Of a stretch of 64,000 nt of DNA, positions 47,291 to 57,734 are shown piece after piece (the stretch's first letter is position 1; each line of letters opens with the position of its first letter). The position numbers were made by a program, and so were the translations under genes. The notes under the pieces are model-generated. The model was not told the origin of the DNA. It worked only from the letters and a program-made list of their open reading frames with translations, and searched no databases. Source of the stretch: Candidatus Parcubacteria bacterium (GTDB taxonomy: Bacteria; Patescibacteriota; Patescibacteriia; Patescibacteriales; BM507); the NCBI GenBank assembly GCA_002869265.1, contig PKTH01000036.1:168525-232524 (forward strand), written 5' to 3'.

Positions 47291-47303
47291 GGGAGACACT
47301 TTC

Positions 47304-47331
47304 TTGACACAAAAAGAATAAATGATAAAAT
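47304..47331 (+). promoter_or_regulatory. groESL promoter
   Basis: TTGACA (47304-47309), 16-nt spacer, TAAAAT (47326-47331). Confidence 0.65.
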
Positions 47332-47335
47332 AGCA

Positions 47336-47362
47336 TTAGCACTCTAAAGTATATAGTGCTAA
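47336..47362 (+). promoter_or_regulatory. CIRCE operator (HrcA binding site)
   Basis: TTAGCACTC-taaagtata-TAGTGCTAA versus consensus TTAGCACTC-N9-GAGTGCTAA, one mismatch. Lies between the promoter and groES. Confidence 0.85.
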
Positions 47363-47415
47363 TAGAAATCAAATAATTAACTTATATTCCACATTTTTGG
47401 GATATAAAAAAGCAT

Positions 47416-47706
47416 ATGAATATAAAGCCAATTCACACAAATGTGGTTGTTAAACCAAAAAAAGAAGATGATATTACAAAATCTGGTATTATTTTACCTG
47501 GATCAAGCGAGAAAGAGAGACCGGAGCAAGGAGAAGTAGTCGCTGTCGGTGAAGGAAAATTACTTGATGACGGGAAAAGAGCCCCGATGAGCGTAAAGGT
47601 TGGTGACAATGTCATGTTTAAAAAATATTCACCCGATGAAGTAAGTATTGATGGAGAAGACTACTTAATAGTAGCTGAAGGTGACATTATTGCAATTTTA
47701 AAATAA
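47416..47706 (+). CDS. groES: Co-chaperonin GroES
   Basis: 96 aa. IKPIHTNVVVKP...GIILPGSSEKERPEQGEVVAVG. Confidence 0.95.
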   Translation: MNIKPIHTNVVVKPKKEDDITKSGIILPGSSEKERPEQGEVVAVGEGKLLDDGKRAPMSVKVGDNVMFKKYSPDEVSIDGEDYLIVAEGDIIAILK

Positions 47707-47710
47707 TTAA

Positions 47711-49384
<1,674 letters not shown>

Positions 49385-49402
49385 AAAATAAATTAGATAA
49401 GA

Positions 49403-49435
49403 AAAAACGGTGCTCACAAAAGCACCGTTTTTTTA
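49403..49435. terminator. Bidirectional intrinsic terminator
   Basis: AACGGTGCT-cacaaa-AGCACCGTT, flanked by an A-run and a T-run. Confidence 0.8.
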
Positions 49436-49436
49436 A

Positions 49437-49667
49437 TTACCACATTCTTTTGAAAGAAATTGTCATTCTGAAAAATATTGTTCCAAGTAAAACTCCCCAG
49501 AAAAAGCAAGCCATAATCTGGTCTTGTTTTTCCCAAAAACCATTTTCAAAAAAAATACTTAAGGAAAAAGAGAAAAATACCAATGAGCAGATTGCGAGCA
49601 AAATAAGTGCGATAAAATGAATTGTCTTCATCCATCGTAGTGGAATATTTAGTCCCGGTAACATCAT
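49437..49667 (-). CDS. Small hypothetical membrane protein
   Basis: 76 aa with 2 TM. SD AAGGAG lies 6 nt upstream. Confidence 0.55.
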   Translation of the reverse strand: MMLPGLNIPLRWMKTIHFIALILLAICSLVFFSFSLSIFFENGFWEKQDQIMACFFWGVLLGTIFFRMTISFKRMW

Positions 49668-49678
49668 ATTTCACTCCT

Positions 49679-50092
49679 TTATTCTTTAGCAAGGGTAAGG
49701 TAGGGAGACCCTTTTGAATTTCTTCTAATGGTATCACCAATTTTATAATGTTTTATTACGTCTGGCCTATCTTTATATAGTTTTGACTCTGTTACGTATT
49801 CATCTTCAATTAGCACCTTGTATTCAAGTAAAAGGATTCCATTTTCATAGCAAATCATTTTAATTAAAAAATCGGTATTTAGTGCCATTAGATTAATGTT
49901 GTCAATTGGGTCTCCAAAAAATGCTTCTCTGCAGACATTGTAGGTAGCATAAATCATAAGAACAAAAGTAATAAATAAGGCAAATATTGAGTAAAGTGTT
50001 TCGTGTAGCTCGTAAGCAAGGACACCAAATGAAATAAAAGAAATGACGATGAGAATGAAGATGATCCAAAATTTTCCACCTAAAGGTTTCAT
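49679..50092 (-). CDS. Hypothetical membrane protein
   Basis: 137 aa with 2 N-terminal TM. SD AAGGAG lies 6 nt upstream. Confidence 0.55.
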   Translation of the reverse strand: MKPLGGKFWIIFILIVISFISFGVLAYELHETLYSIFALFITFVLMIYATYNVCREAFFGDPIDNINLMALNTDFLIKMICYENGILLLEYKVLIEDEYVTESKLYKDRPDVIKHYKIGDTIRRNSKGSPYLTLAKE

Positions 50093-50230
50093 TTTTAACT
50101 CCTTTATTCTGAGGTTTATGTAAAGAACAAAATTAGCTAAATTTAGTAAAAAAATATCATTTCACGTAGTTTTTGTCAACATTAAGAACAAAGGCAAGAA
50201 TTAAATTTTTTAAAAATCAGCTTAAGGTGA

Positions 50231-50259
50231 TTGTAGGCTCCGAGTAATTATTGTATAAT
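50231..50259 (+). promoter_or_regulatory. Promoter positioned for a leaderless transcript
   Basis: TTGTAG (50231-50236), 17-nt spacer, TATAAT (50254-50259). The ATG at 50266 is the 7th nt after the -10 box. Confidence 0.5.
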
Positions 50260-50265
50260 ATATAT

Positions 50266-51303
50266 ATGGAAGAAAGAAAAACACAATACTTTAATATTTC
50301 ATTTTTAACAATTGCAAAGGTTTTAATTGCTTTAGTTTTGTTTTTTGTTTTATATGTAATCAGAGACATATTGGCTGTTTTGTTTGTCTCCTTAATATTG
50401 GCCAGTGCAGTTGACCCTTGGGTTGATTGGATGCAAGAAAAAAAGATACCCCGAGGAGTTGGAATATTGGTTATCTACTTAGTGATGTTTGGTGTTGTGA
50501 GTACGGTTATACTTCTTCTTATCCCTCCTATTTCAACACAAATATCAGAGTTAACTACAAACTATCCTCAGATTTCTGAGAAGATGTCTTCTGGTTTCGA
50601 TTTAGTTAAGCAATACTCACTAGGCGGTAGTTCATTCCAGGATTTCATTAGTTCTAAAAGTGACTTTCCGGGATTGGCGAAGGCAGCTGAAGGAGTTATT
50701 TCTGGAATCGTCGATATTTTCGGAGGTGTTTTCGGATTTTTCTTAGTCCTGGTTATAACTTTTTATATGGTGGTGGAAGAAGACTCTCTTAAGAAAATTA
50801 TATGGTCTATTTCACCAGCGAAAAATCAGGTTTATGTCATGCGACTAGTCACAAGAATGCAGAAGAAAATTGGTCTTTGGCTTAGAGGACAAATTATCTT
50901 GTCTTTTATTATTTTTCTTCTTACCTATATCGGACTTTTAATATTAAACGTTAAGTACGCCTTAATATTGGCTATAATAGCTGGTCTGACTGAATTCATC
51001 CCGTATCTTGGCCCAATGTTAGCCGCGATTCCAGCAATGTTTCTTGCTTTTACTCAGGGTGGAGCAGTTTTCATGGCTTTTGTTGGCATTCTGTATTATA
51101 TAATTCAATTAGTTGAAAATAATATTATTGTACCTAAATTAATGCAAAAGGTGGTTGGTCTTAATCCGATTGTAACTCTAGCTGCTTTGATGATAGGATT
51201 CAAACTTGCTGGGGTTGTTGGGATGATACTGTCGATTCCTGTTACTACTGCTATAAATGTCTTTCTTAAAGACGTTTTTGACAAGAAAGCTCGTACACAA
51301 TAA
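50266..51303 (+). CDS. AI-2E family transporter (PerM/UPF0118)
   Basis: Polytopic. IIAGLTEFIPYLGPMLAAIPAMFLAF motif. ATG 50266 is preferred over TTG 50251, which lies inside the promoter. Confidence 0.8.
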   Translation: MEERKTQYFNISFLTIAKVLIALVLFFVLYVIRDILAVLFVSLILASAVDPWVDWMQEKKIPRGVGILVIYLVMFGVVSTVILLLIPPISTQISELTTNYPQISEKMSSGFDLVKQYSLGGSSFQDFISSKSDFPGLAKAAEGVISGIVDIFGGVFGFFLVLVITFYMVVEEDSLKKIIWSISPAKNQVYVMRLVTRMQKKIGLWLRGQIILSFIIFLLTYIGLLILNVKYALILAIIAGLTEFIPYLGPMLAAIPAMFLAFTQGGAVFMAFVGILYYIIQLVENNIIVPKLMQKVVGLNPIVTLAALMIGFKLAGVVGMILSIPVTTAINVFLKDVFDKKARTQ

Positions 51304-51305
51304 TC

Positions 51306-53405
51306 ATGAAAAAAAATTTTAATTTAAAAAATATATTCAAAGAGGGGACTTTCTTAATTCCCTTATTTTTTTTAGGCCTTAGCTTTGGGACGGATTTCTT
51401 TAAATTCTTTTTAATTTCTTTATTTCTTCCAATTTTTGTCTTTTATGTTTTTAAAAAACAAGGCCTGCATTTAAAAAAAATAAAACTATATACCCACGAG
51501 AGATTAATTAGTCTTTTTTTACTTTTACTCTTTTTTTCAAGCCTTTTGTCAGACAATATTTTTTCGTCATTTTTCGGAGACTTCCAAAATCACCTAAGCT
51601 CCTTTTTTGTAATTTTTTTCTCCTTTCTATTTCTTGTTGTATTTTCAAGGTCAGGGATTATAAATCATGAAAAAAGTATTAAGATAACTCTTTATTCTGC
51701 ATACTTCTTACTTGTTTATAAAATTATCTCATCATTTTTCCCGGTCATAGAGTATTTTTATTTTAATACCGAAGAGCTTTTGATTATTTTTTCAGTTGTA
51801 ATATTATTTTTTACCCCACTCTTTTACAGTGAGCACTTAAGCTCCAGTGATAAAAAATACTTGAAAATATTTTTAGCAATAGTTTTTTTTCTTATAAGTC
51901 TCGTTCTGTACAAGCCCTTGTTTATTCTTTTTTTAGTAGCTTTTTCTTTTCAGTTTTATATTTTTCATAAGGATCAAAAGAAAAAAGTCTTAAGTAAAAA
52001 AAATATTTTACTTGTATCTTTGATTTTTCTTTTTGCCTTGTTCTTATCATTTGGCTCAGAGAATTCATTTAATATCAAAGACAGGAACCTGGATTTAAGA
52101 TCTTCAGCTAAAATATCAGGTTCATCGATTAAGTCAGATTTCTTATTTGGTGCAGGCCTTGGTTCGTATTCTGAGTATTTTTCACTGCATCGCCCAGCTG
52201 ATTTAAATTATTCTAGCGATTGGCAAAAGAGGTATAAAAAGTCTTTTTCATTTTTCTTTGATTTAATTCCCGAGACTGGAACATTGGCAACAGTTTCTTT
52301 CTTAGTCTTTTCAGTCTATATCCTTTACATCCTTTTCAGTCTGGTTAAGAAAACCCATAAGGATGATTATTTATTATCTTCCCTAATGGGGGCATCCCTT
52401 TTCTTAATCTTACTTCCATTTATTTCGACTTTTTCGTATATAACATTATTTGTTTATTGTAGCTTTCTGGCATTTTTCTTTTCTTATCTCTATAGGGGGG
52501 AATATCTCCTTTTAAAGCCCCAAGTTCTCAATGTAAAAGCAAACTTTTTGCAATTTGTTTTTTTTACTTTGGTTTTTGCCTGGTTGTTTCTCTTTGCTTA
52601 TAATGTTAAGTACTTAATTGCCGATAGCTATTCTTCAAATCCTGACAAAGATTCACTTCTTAAGGCTGTAAAATACAATGATCATTTCGAAGAATACTAT
52701 TTGAGTCTTTCAAAAATTTATTTAAACAACGCTAAACTGGAACTACAAAAATCAAACAAGGATTATTCTTTGATTGCTCAAAATATTGATAATTCTAAGA
52801 AGATGGCTGAAAAAGCACTAGAAATTAATAGTAAGTCAGTCATTCCATTTGAGTCTTTTGGTATCATTTACAGGGATTTTTCAAATTACGCTAATGACGG
52901 TGAAGAGTTGGCCATAGGGGCATTGTCTAGTGCCCTTGCTCTCGAACCATCAAACCCTGTTCTGGCTACAGAGATTGCAAAATTATACCTAGCATTGTCT
53001 CAAAATGATGAAGCTCTTAAATATTTTAATAAAGCCCTGTCTCTCAAGAGTGACTACCATGAAGCATCCTTGGGTGTCGCTCAGGTAATGATTAGAAATA
53101 ACAACAATGTTGAAGCGATAGACCTTTTGGAGAGCCTTCTGGGCAAAACAGGTAATAATTCTCAGATATACTTTGAACAAGGACGCGCACTCTTTAATAT
53201 TGGGAAAAACGAACAAGCTATTGAAAGATTTGAAAAGTCTATATTATTTGATCCACAAAACTCAAATTCTCTCTATTCTCTAGCTATTGCTCTTGAAAAA
53301 AAAGGAGACAAGCTAACGGCTTTAAAATATTATAAGAAAGTATTAGACTTAAATCCGACCAACATAGAACTCATAAAAAAAGTTAAAGATTTAGAACAAA
53401 AATAA
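51306..53405 (+). CDS. Polytopic membrane protein with C-terminal TPR repeats (O-antigen-ligase-like architecture)
   Basis: 699 aa. About 12 TM in the first ~440 aa, then TPR-like repeats (ALKYFNKALSLKSDYHEA.., ALKYYKKVLDLNPTN). Confidence 0.55.
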   Translation: MKKNFNLKNIFKEGTFLIPLFFLGLSFGTDFFKFFLISLFLPIFVFYVFKKQGLHLKKIKLYTHERLISLFLLLLFFSSLLSDNIFSSFFGDFQNHLSSFFVIFFSFLFLVVFSRSGIINHEKSIKITLYSAYFLLVYKIISSFFPVIEYFYFNTEELLIIFSVVILFFTPLFYSEHLSSSDKKYLKIFLAIVFFLISLVLYKPLFILFLVAFSFQFYIFHKDQKKKVLSKKNILLVSLIFLFALFLSFGSENSFNIKDRNLDLRSSAKISGSSIKSDFLFGAGLGSYSEYFSLHRPADLNYSSDWQKRYKKSFSFFFDLIPETGTLATVSFLVFSVYILYILFSLVKKTHKDDYLLSSLMGASLFLILLPFISTFSYITLFVYCSFLAFFFSYLYRGEYLLLKPQVLNVKANFLQFVFFTLVFAWLFLFAYNVKYLIADSYSSNPDKDSLLKAVKYNDHFEEYYLSLSKIYLNNAKLELQKSNKDYSLIAQNIDNSKKMAEKALEINSKSVIPFESFGIIYRDFSNYANDGEELAIGALSSALALEPSNPVLATEIAKLYLALSQNDEALKYFNKALSLKSDYHEASLGVAQVMIRNNNNVEAIDLLESLLGKTGNNSQIYFEQGRALFNIGKNEQAIERFEKSILFDPQNSNSLYSLAIALEKKGDKLTALKYYKKVLDLNPTNIELIKKVKDLEQK

Positions 53406-53434
53406 AAAACCGATCAATTAATGATCGGTTTTAG
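53405..53434. terminator. Bidirectional intrinsic terminator
   Basis: AACCGATCA-attaa-TGATCGGTT, with flanking A-run and T-run. Confidence 0.8.
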
Positions 53435-53435
53435 C

Positions 53436-53813
53436 TTACCATCTTTTTAGATGGCGATTTGATTTTTTGCCAAAAAATTTTTTAGTAGGTAGAATTGTTC
53501 TCCGACTGTTTCGCATCTGTTCTTTGAGGCATAAACTTGTTTCAAGAACATTGGGGAGATACGACGGTTCGATTGCCCGACCGAATGCTCTAATTGCACT
53601 AGCTATACTAACCCTTTCTGACCCAATTGACATTGCATTAACTAGGTCGCTCTTTGTTATTCTATTTTCTTCTTTGGGAGCGTCTACGACTTTTTTTAGT
53701 ACTCTAGTTTTAGAGTCGAGAATAATTACTTCGTTTTCAGGACTCCTGCTTAGGAGCTCTTTTGCCAAATGCTCTATCTCTTCATCATTTCTTCCAATAA
53801 TTAGCATTTTCAT
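53436..53813 (-). CDS. Hypothetical protein
   Basis: 125 aa with a balanced composition. The overlapping plus-strand ORF 53467..53856 is L/S/I-rich low complexity. Ends at the terminator. Confidence 0.5.
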   Translation of the reverse strand: MKMLIIGRNDEEIEHLAKELLSRSPENEVIILDSKTRVLKKVVDAPKEENRITKSDLVNAMSIGSERVSIASAIRAFGRAIEPSYLPNVLETSLCLKEQMRNSRRTILPTKKFFGKKSNRHLKRW

Positions 53814-53932
53814 AAAAATGCTCCATTTGCATATCGTGAGAAGTATTTTAATCTAAAGGACGAAATGTAACAATAATATATTTTTGCAATATTGTCAATT
53901 ATAAAAGAGCTATTTTATAGCTCTTTTATTTT

Positions 53933-53953
53933 GTGCCCAGGGTGGGAATCGAA
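53933..53953 (-). pseudogene. Orphan copy of the 3' end (T-loop plus acceptor) of tRNA-Leu
   Basis: GTGCCCAGGGTGGGAATCGAA matches 54115-54135 (GTGCCCAGGGAGGGAATCGAA) at 20 of 21 positions. No complementary 5' acceptor or T-stem partner is found upstream. Confidence 0.6.
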
Positions 53954-54082
53954 GAGGTAAACCCCAGCAAACCAATCGTAAATAATGGAAATATGTCCAA
54001 TATCCCTTCCTAGAAGCAGTGTTTATTCTTAAGATTTAATTTCTCACTCCTTGAGATTTCTCACCCCCCAAAGTAATCTACC

Positions 54083-54111
54083 AAAAAACAGGACATTTAG
54101 CCCTGTTTTTG
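54083..54111 (-). terminator. Terminator hairpin downstream of tRNA-Leu
   Basis: AACAGG-acatttagc-CCTGTT, with flanking A-run and T-run. Confidence 0.6.
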
Positions 54112-54115
54112 ATAG

Positions 54116-54199
54116 TGCCCAGGGAGGGAATCGAACCCTCACTCTATTGCTAGAACGGGATTTTGAGTCCCGCGTGTCTACCAGTTTCACCACCTGGGC
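54116..54199 (-). tRNA. tRNA-Leu (anticodon CAA), class II with a long variable arm; CCA not encoded
   Basis: Reverse complement is GCCCAGG-UG-GUGAAACUGGUAGACAC-G-CGGGA-CUCAAAA-UCCCG-UUCUAGCAAUAGAGU-GAGGG-UUCGAUU-CCCUC-CCUGGGC-A. All four stems pair. Confidence 0.92.
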
Positions 54200-54283
54200 A
54201 TTAGTGGCAGCTATATAAGCTGCCATGATTTATCATGATCTGCAATCACATAGATCGGATTCAGAATTCCGGGGCTTTTGGGC

Positions 54284-54478
54284 CTAGTCCGGGTTTCTGA
54301 AAAATATCAGAAAATAGTTTGGAACCCAGGATACAAAAACACCAAGAACAGAGAGCCAAAAGTGAAAAGAAAAAGTCCAGTTATTCAAAAGCAGAAAATA
54401 AAGGGCAAAGATTGAAAAAATCAAAGTATTGACAACTCCAACAATAAAACAAACGAAAAAGGTTTTTGAATCTTTCAT
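54284..54478 (-). CDS. Small hypothetical 2-TM membrane protein
   Basis: 64 aa. SD AAGGAGGT lies 6 nt upstream of ATG. Confidence 0.6.
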   Translation of the reverse strand: MKDSKTFFVCFIVGVVNTLIFSIFALYFLLLNNWTFSFHFWLSVLGVFVSWVPNYFLIFFRNPD

Positions 54479-54553
54479 TGGATTACCTCCTTTTCTTCAA
54501 TAAAAAATAGCCATTATTAGCTATCGAAAACTATTATATCAGAAATTCTAAGT

Positions 54554-54582
54554 TTGTCAAAGAGAATTTATTAATGTATAAT
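54554..54582 (+). promoter_or_regulatory. parAB promoter
   Basis: TTGTCA (54554-54559), 17-nt spacer, TATAAT (54577-54582). Confidence 0.6.
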
Positions 54583-54602
54583 TATGTAATAATTGATAAA
54601 AC

Positions 54603-55421
54603 ATGGGAAAAGTAATTTCAGTAGTTAACCAAAAAGGAGGCGTAGGTAAAACAACAACTTCAGTTAATCTTGGTGCTTATCTAGCTCATCTAGGTAAGCA
54701 TGTTTTGATAGTTGACATTGACCCTCAGGCGAACGCGACATCGGGTATTGGAATTGATCACAAAGAATTGGAGCACGGTGTCTACGAGGCGCTAATAGGC
54801 CATAAAAGTATGAGAGAGGTTCTTAAACGTACAGTTATTGATCGTTTTTTAGTTGCTCCGGCTACTTCAGCCTTAGCAGGTGCGGGGGTTGAAATGGTAT
54901 CTATGGATGAAAGAGAATTTGTTTTACAAAACCTTCTTGACCAACTTAAAGATGACTTCGATTATATTATTATAGATGGGCCACCTTCTTTGGGTCTTTT
55001 AACTATAAACAGCTTGGTAGCAGCAGACGAAATCATCATCCCAATACAAAGTGAATATTATGCTCTGGAGGGTCTGGGGCAGTTATTGGAAACTATTTCT
55101 TTAGTAAAGGATAATCTGAAACCAGATTTAAATATTATGGGAGCTGTTGTTACAATGTTTGATAAGAGAAACAAACTTTCCGCTTTGGTTTTAGATGAAC
55201 TTAAAAATCATTTTCCTAATAAAGTTTTTAACACCGTAATCCCAAGAAGTGTTCGTTTGGCTGAGGCTCCTAGTTATGGGAAAACTATTATGCATTATGA
55301 TGCCAATTCTCGTGGAGGAAAAGCATATGAAATGCTTGCTCAAGAAATAATAGGACTGGAGAATTTGGACGGGACAGATACAGATGTTAGTGAGGAAGCC
55401 GGTTTGTATTTTGGAGATTAA
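54603..55421 (+). CDS. parA: Chromosome partitioning ATPase ParA/Soj
   Basis: Deviant Walker A NQKGGVGKTTTSVNLG. Confidence 0.95.
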   Translation: MGKVISVVNQKGGVGKTTTSVNLGAYLAHLGKHVLIVDIDPQANATSGIGIDHKELEHGVYEALIGHKSMREVLKRTVIDRFLVAPATSALAGAGVEMVSMDEREFVLQNLLDQLKDDFDYIIIDGPPSLGLLTINSLVAADEIIIPIQSEYYALEGLGQLLETISLVKDNLKPDLNIMGAVVTMFDKRNKLSALVLDELKNHFPNKVFNTVIPRSVRLAEAPSYGKTIMHYDANSRGGKAYEMLAQEIIGLENLDGTDTDVSEEAGLYFGD

Positions 55422-55445
55422 TTATAAATATTAAATAATATAAAT

Positions 55446-56321
55446 ATGGTAGGTTTAGGAAGGGGGCTAGACTCTCTAATTCCAAAAAAAGTAAATAAAG
55501 TTCCAGTATCAGGGACTGGAAACGTGGCAGTTGATGTTTCTCCAGAATTGGAGCGTCAAGGCATAATCGAGGTAAGCCCAGACAAAATATCTGTAAACCC
55601 TTATCAGCCCAGAAAAAAATTTACTGAATCTCACATAGATGAACTAGTAGAATCTATCAAGGTTTATGGCATAATCCAACCTTTAATTGTAACCAGAGAG
55701 GGGGGTGGCTATGAATTAATTGCTGGTGAACGTAGGCTTCGCTCAGCTAAAAAGATTGGCCTAGACAAGGTTCCAGTTATTGTCCGCGATGCTGACAAGC
55801 AGCAAAAATTAGAATTAGCTTTGATTGAAAATATTCAAAGAGAACAATTAAACCCCATTGAAACTGCACTTTCCTATAGAAAGCTAATTGATGAATTTAA
55901 TCTGACACAAGAAAATCTTTCAAACAGGGTAAGTAAATCTAGATCATCTGTTGCCAATTCTCTTCGTCTATTAAATTTGCCTGAAGAAATTCAAAATGCT
56001 TTGAGTGATGGTCGTATTTCAGAGGGGCACGGAAAGATTTTGCTTGGCCTAGACAACGAAGTTCAACAAATGACATTATTTAGAAAGATTCTTCATGATA
56101 ATATGTCAGTTTCAGATACTTCTTTTGAGTCAAAGAAAGCATCTCCCACCAAAACCAAAGTTGAGAAACCAGTTAGTTATCAGGACAAGGAAAGAGAGGA
56201 AGTAGTGAGAAGTTTTTTTGGAGCAAAGGCAAGTATTAAAAGAAAAGGCTCCGGTGGTCAGGTTCAAGTAGACTTTTATAGCGACGATGAATTAGAGGAA
56301 ATAATAAACAAATTGAGATAA
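55446..56321 (+). CDS. parB: Chromosome partitioning protein ParB/Spo0J
   Basis: NPYQPRK, LIAGERRLRSAK, HTH region TQENLSNRVSKSRSSVANSLRLL. Confidence 0.95.
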   Translation: MVGLGRGLDSLIPKKVNKVPVSGTGNVAVDVSPELERQGIIEVSPDKISVNPYQPRKKFTESHIDELVESIKVYGIIQPLIVTREGGGYELIAGERRLRSAKKIGLDKVPVIVRDADKQQKLELALIENIQREQLNPIETALSYRKLIDEFNLTQENLSNRVSKSRSSVANSLRLLNLPEEIQNALSDGRISEGHGKILLGLDNEVQQMTLFRKILHDNMSVSDTSFESKKASPTKTKVEKPVSYQDKEREEVVRSFFGAKASIKRKGSGGQVQVDFYSDDELEEIINKLR

Positions 56322-56330
56322 ATACACATA

Positions 56331-56361
56331 AAAACACCTTTCATTCAAAGGTGTTTTTTTT
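56331..56361. terminator. Bidirectional intrinsic terminator
   Basis: AACACCTTT-cattca-AAAGGTGTT followed by TTTTTT. Confidence 0.8.
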
Positions 56362-56368
56362 GTCCATT

Positions 56369-57733
56369 TTATATTGCAAGTTTATACAGTCCCTCCTTTT
56401 TTCCAAGACTTGAGTAGAAATATAGGGTATATCCGTCATTGCTCATGTTTAGGAAATCTATATTGTTTAGCTTGATCAGGTGGTTTGTTGTGTGTTTTTC
56501 TCTGTCATCAAGTTCTATAGTGAAGAGAGATTCCTGGGTTGAGTAAATTATGTAGTTGTTACTAGGGTGCCACAGGACTGTAGAAATTTTATCACTAATC
56601 CTTGTCAAAATATTCTTTTTAAAATCCACTCTGTTATAAATCCAAATTTCAAAGTCATTATAAAATACAAGTTTGTTGCTATCAACCCAAAAACTTCTAT
56701 TAACATTATTTATTGTTTCTTTAAGAGGGCCAAAATAATCGAGCGGGTCAATCAGGTGCAACGTTTTAAATCTTGGGCTATAAATGTTTATAAGCTCATG
56801 TTCTTTGTTTGTAAATCTAAAACTATTATCTTTGTTAAGGTCAATTTTCCTAATAGTTTCAGTCCCATTATAGACTATCAAAAAAACATCCCCTCCTAAT
56901 TCTTCAATAGTGTATATAAAATCTCCCTTAGCGAAGTAGTCAAGTATTTTTTCTGACTTTAATACGCTCTCAACACTCCCTCTGCTAAGATTTAGTTTGA
57001 CTAATTGATTGTCTTTTATGGCGTATATATTTTTTGAATCAATAGGTGAAATGAATTCTAAATTTATGTTATTTAAATATGCTGAAAGATCAACAGGTTT
57101 TGACCAAGTGTCCAGAGAAAAAAGGTGATTGTCAAAAAGGATTTGGTTATTACCAAACCATTTAATGTAGTTGTTTTGTGATTCAAGATTTTCAGAATTT
57201 TTATCATAAAAAAGAACCTGTTCGTCTTCACCGAGAACTAAGTATTTATCTTTGGTTGAGAAAGCTAAGAATTCTTTGCTACTTGATTGTTGGGAATTCA
57301 ATATTTCCCCTGAGCTAAGTGGAAGAGGAAGGTTGTTTTTAAAAATTACAACATCTTCAGCAAAGGTTGATTGGCCAGGGAATACCTCTAATTTTTTCTC
57401 CCATTCCCAATAGCCGTCCTTCAATAAAGTTACTGTATATTCACCCGGGAAAAGTCCTTTTATTCTTGCTGGTGTTTTTAGGATATTTCTATCTTCGGTG
57501 TCGTTTAGGATGTTCGATCTTAGATTGTCAAAAAATCTTTGTTGCGGTTCACCGTTTATGTATATTTTTGCACCCTCGGGTTGAGAATCCAAAACAATCA
57601 TCCCAGTTTTCTGAATTATTTCACCAGATAAGGTAAATTTATAGCCAGCAGCGTATAAACTTACAAGAGGAGTAATAACAAGAAAAGCAAAAATAAAGAG
57701 AATAAATAAAATTTTCCTAGCCTTTAAACTCAT
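56369..57733 (-). CDS. Membrane-anchored PEGA-domain protein with a probable beta-propeller C-terminal region
   Basis: 454 aa. N-terminal TM. PEGA motif VLDSQPEGAKIYINGEP..FPGEYTVTLLKDGYWEWEKKLEV. Confidence 0.65.
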   Translation of the reverse strand: MSLKARKILFILFIFAFLVITPLVSLYAAGYKFTLSGEIIQKTGMIVLDSQPEGAKIYINGEPQQRFFDNLRSNILNDTEDRNILKTPARIKGLFPGEYTVTLLKDGYWEWEKKLEVFPGQSTFAEDVVIFKNNLPLPLSSGEILNSQQSSSKEFLAFSTKDKYLVLGEDEQVLFYDKNSENLESQNNYIKWFGNNQILFDNHLFSLDTWSKPVDLSAYLNNINLEFISPIDSKNIYAIKDNQLVKLNLSRGSVESVLKSEKILDYFAKGDFIYTIEELGGDVFLIVYNGTETIRKIDLNKDNSFRFTNKEHELINIYSPRFKTLHLIDPLDYFGPLKETINNVNRSFWVDSNKLVFYNDFEIWIYNRVDFKKNILTRISDKISTVLWHPSNNYIIYSTQESLFTIELDDREKHTTNHLIKLNNIDFLNMSNDGYTLYFYSSLGKKEGLYKLAI

Positions 57734-57734
57734 A

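Noticed and set aside
53467-53856. 129-aa plus-strand ORF
   Set aside because: It has an L/S/I/R-rich low-complexity sequence with no start signals. The overlapping minus-strand 125-aa ORF has a balanced composition and ends at a terminator.
53933-54043. A second complete tRNA gene next to tRNA-Leu
   Set aside because: Only the last ~21 nt resemble a tRNA. No 5' acceptor strand (GCCCAGG) and no T-stem partner (ACCUC versus CCCAC do not pair) could be found.
54044-54226. 60-aa minus-strand ORF
   Set aside because: It overlaps the well-folded tRNA-Leu(CAA) gene, and its translation is an artefact of the tRNA sequence.
54479-56321. parS centromere site (TGTTNCACGTGAAACA) near parAB
   Set aside because: I scanned by eye within and around parA and parB. 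GTTTCAC occurs only inside the tRNA, and GGAAACGTGG in parB is not palindromic. No convincing parS was found in this window.
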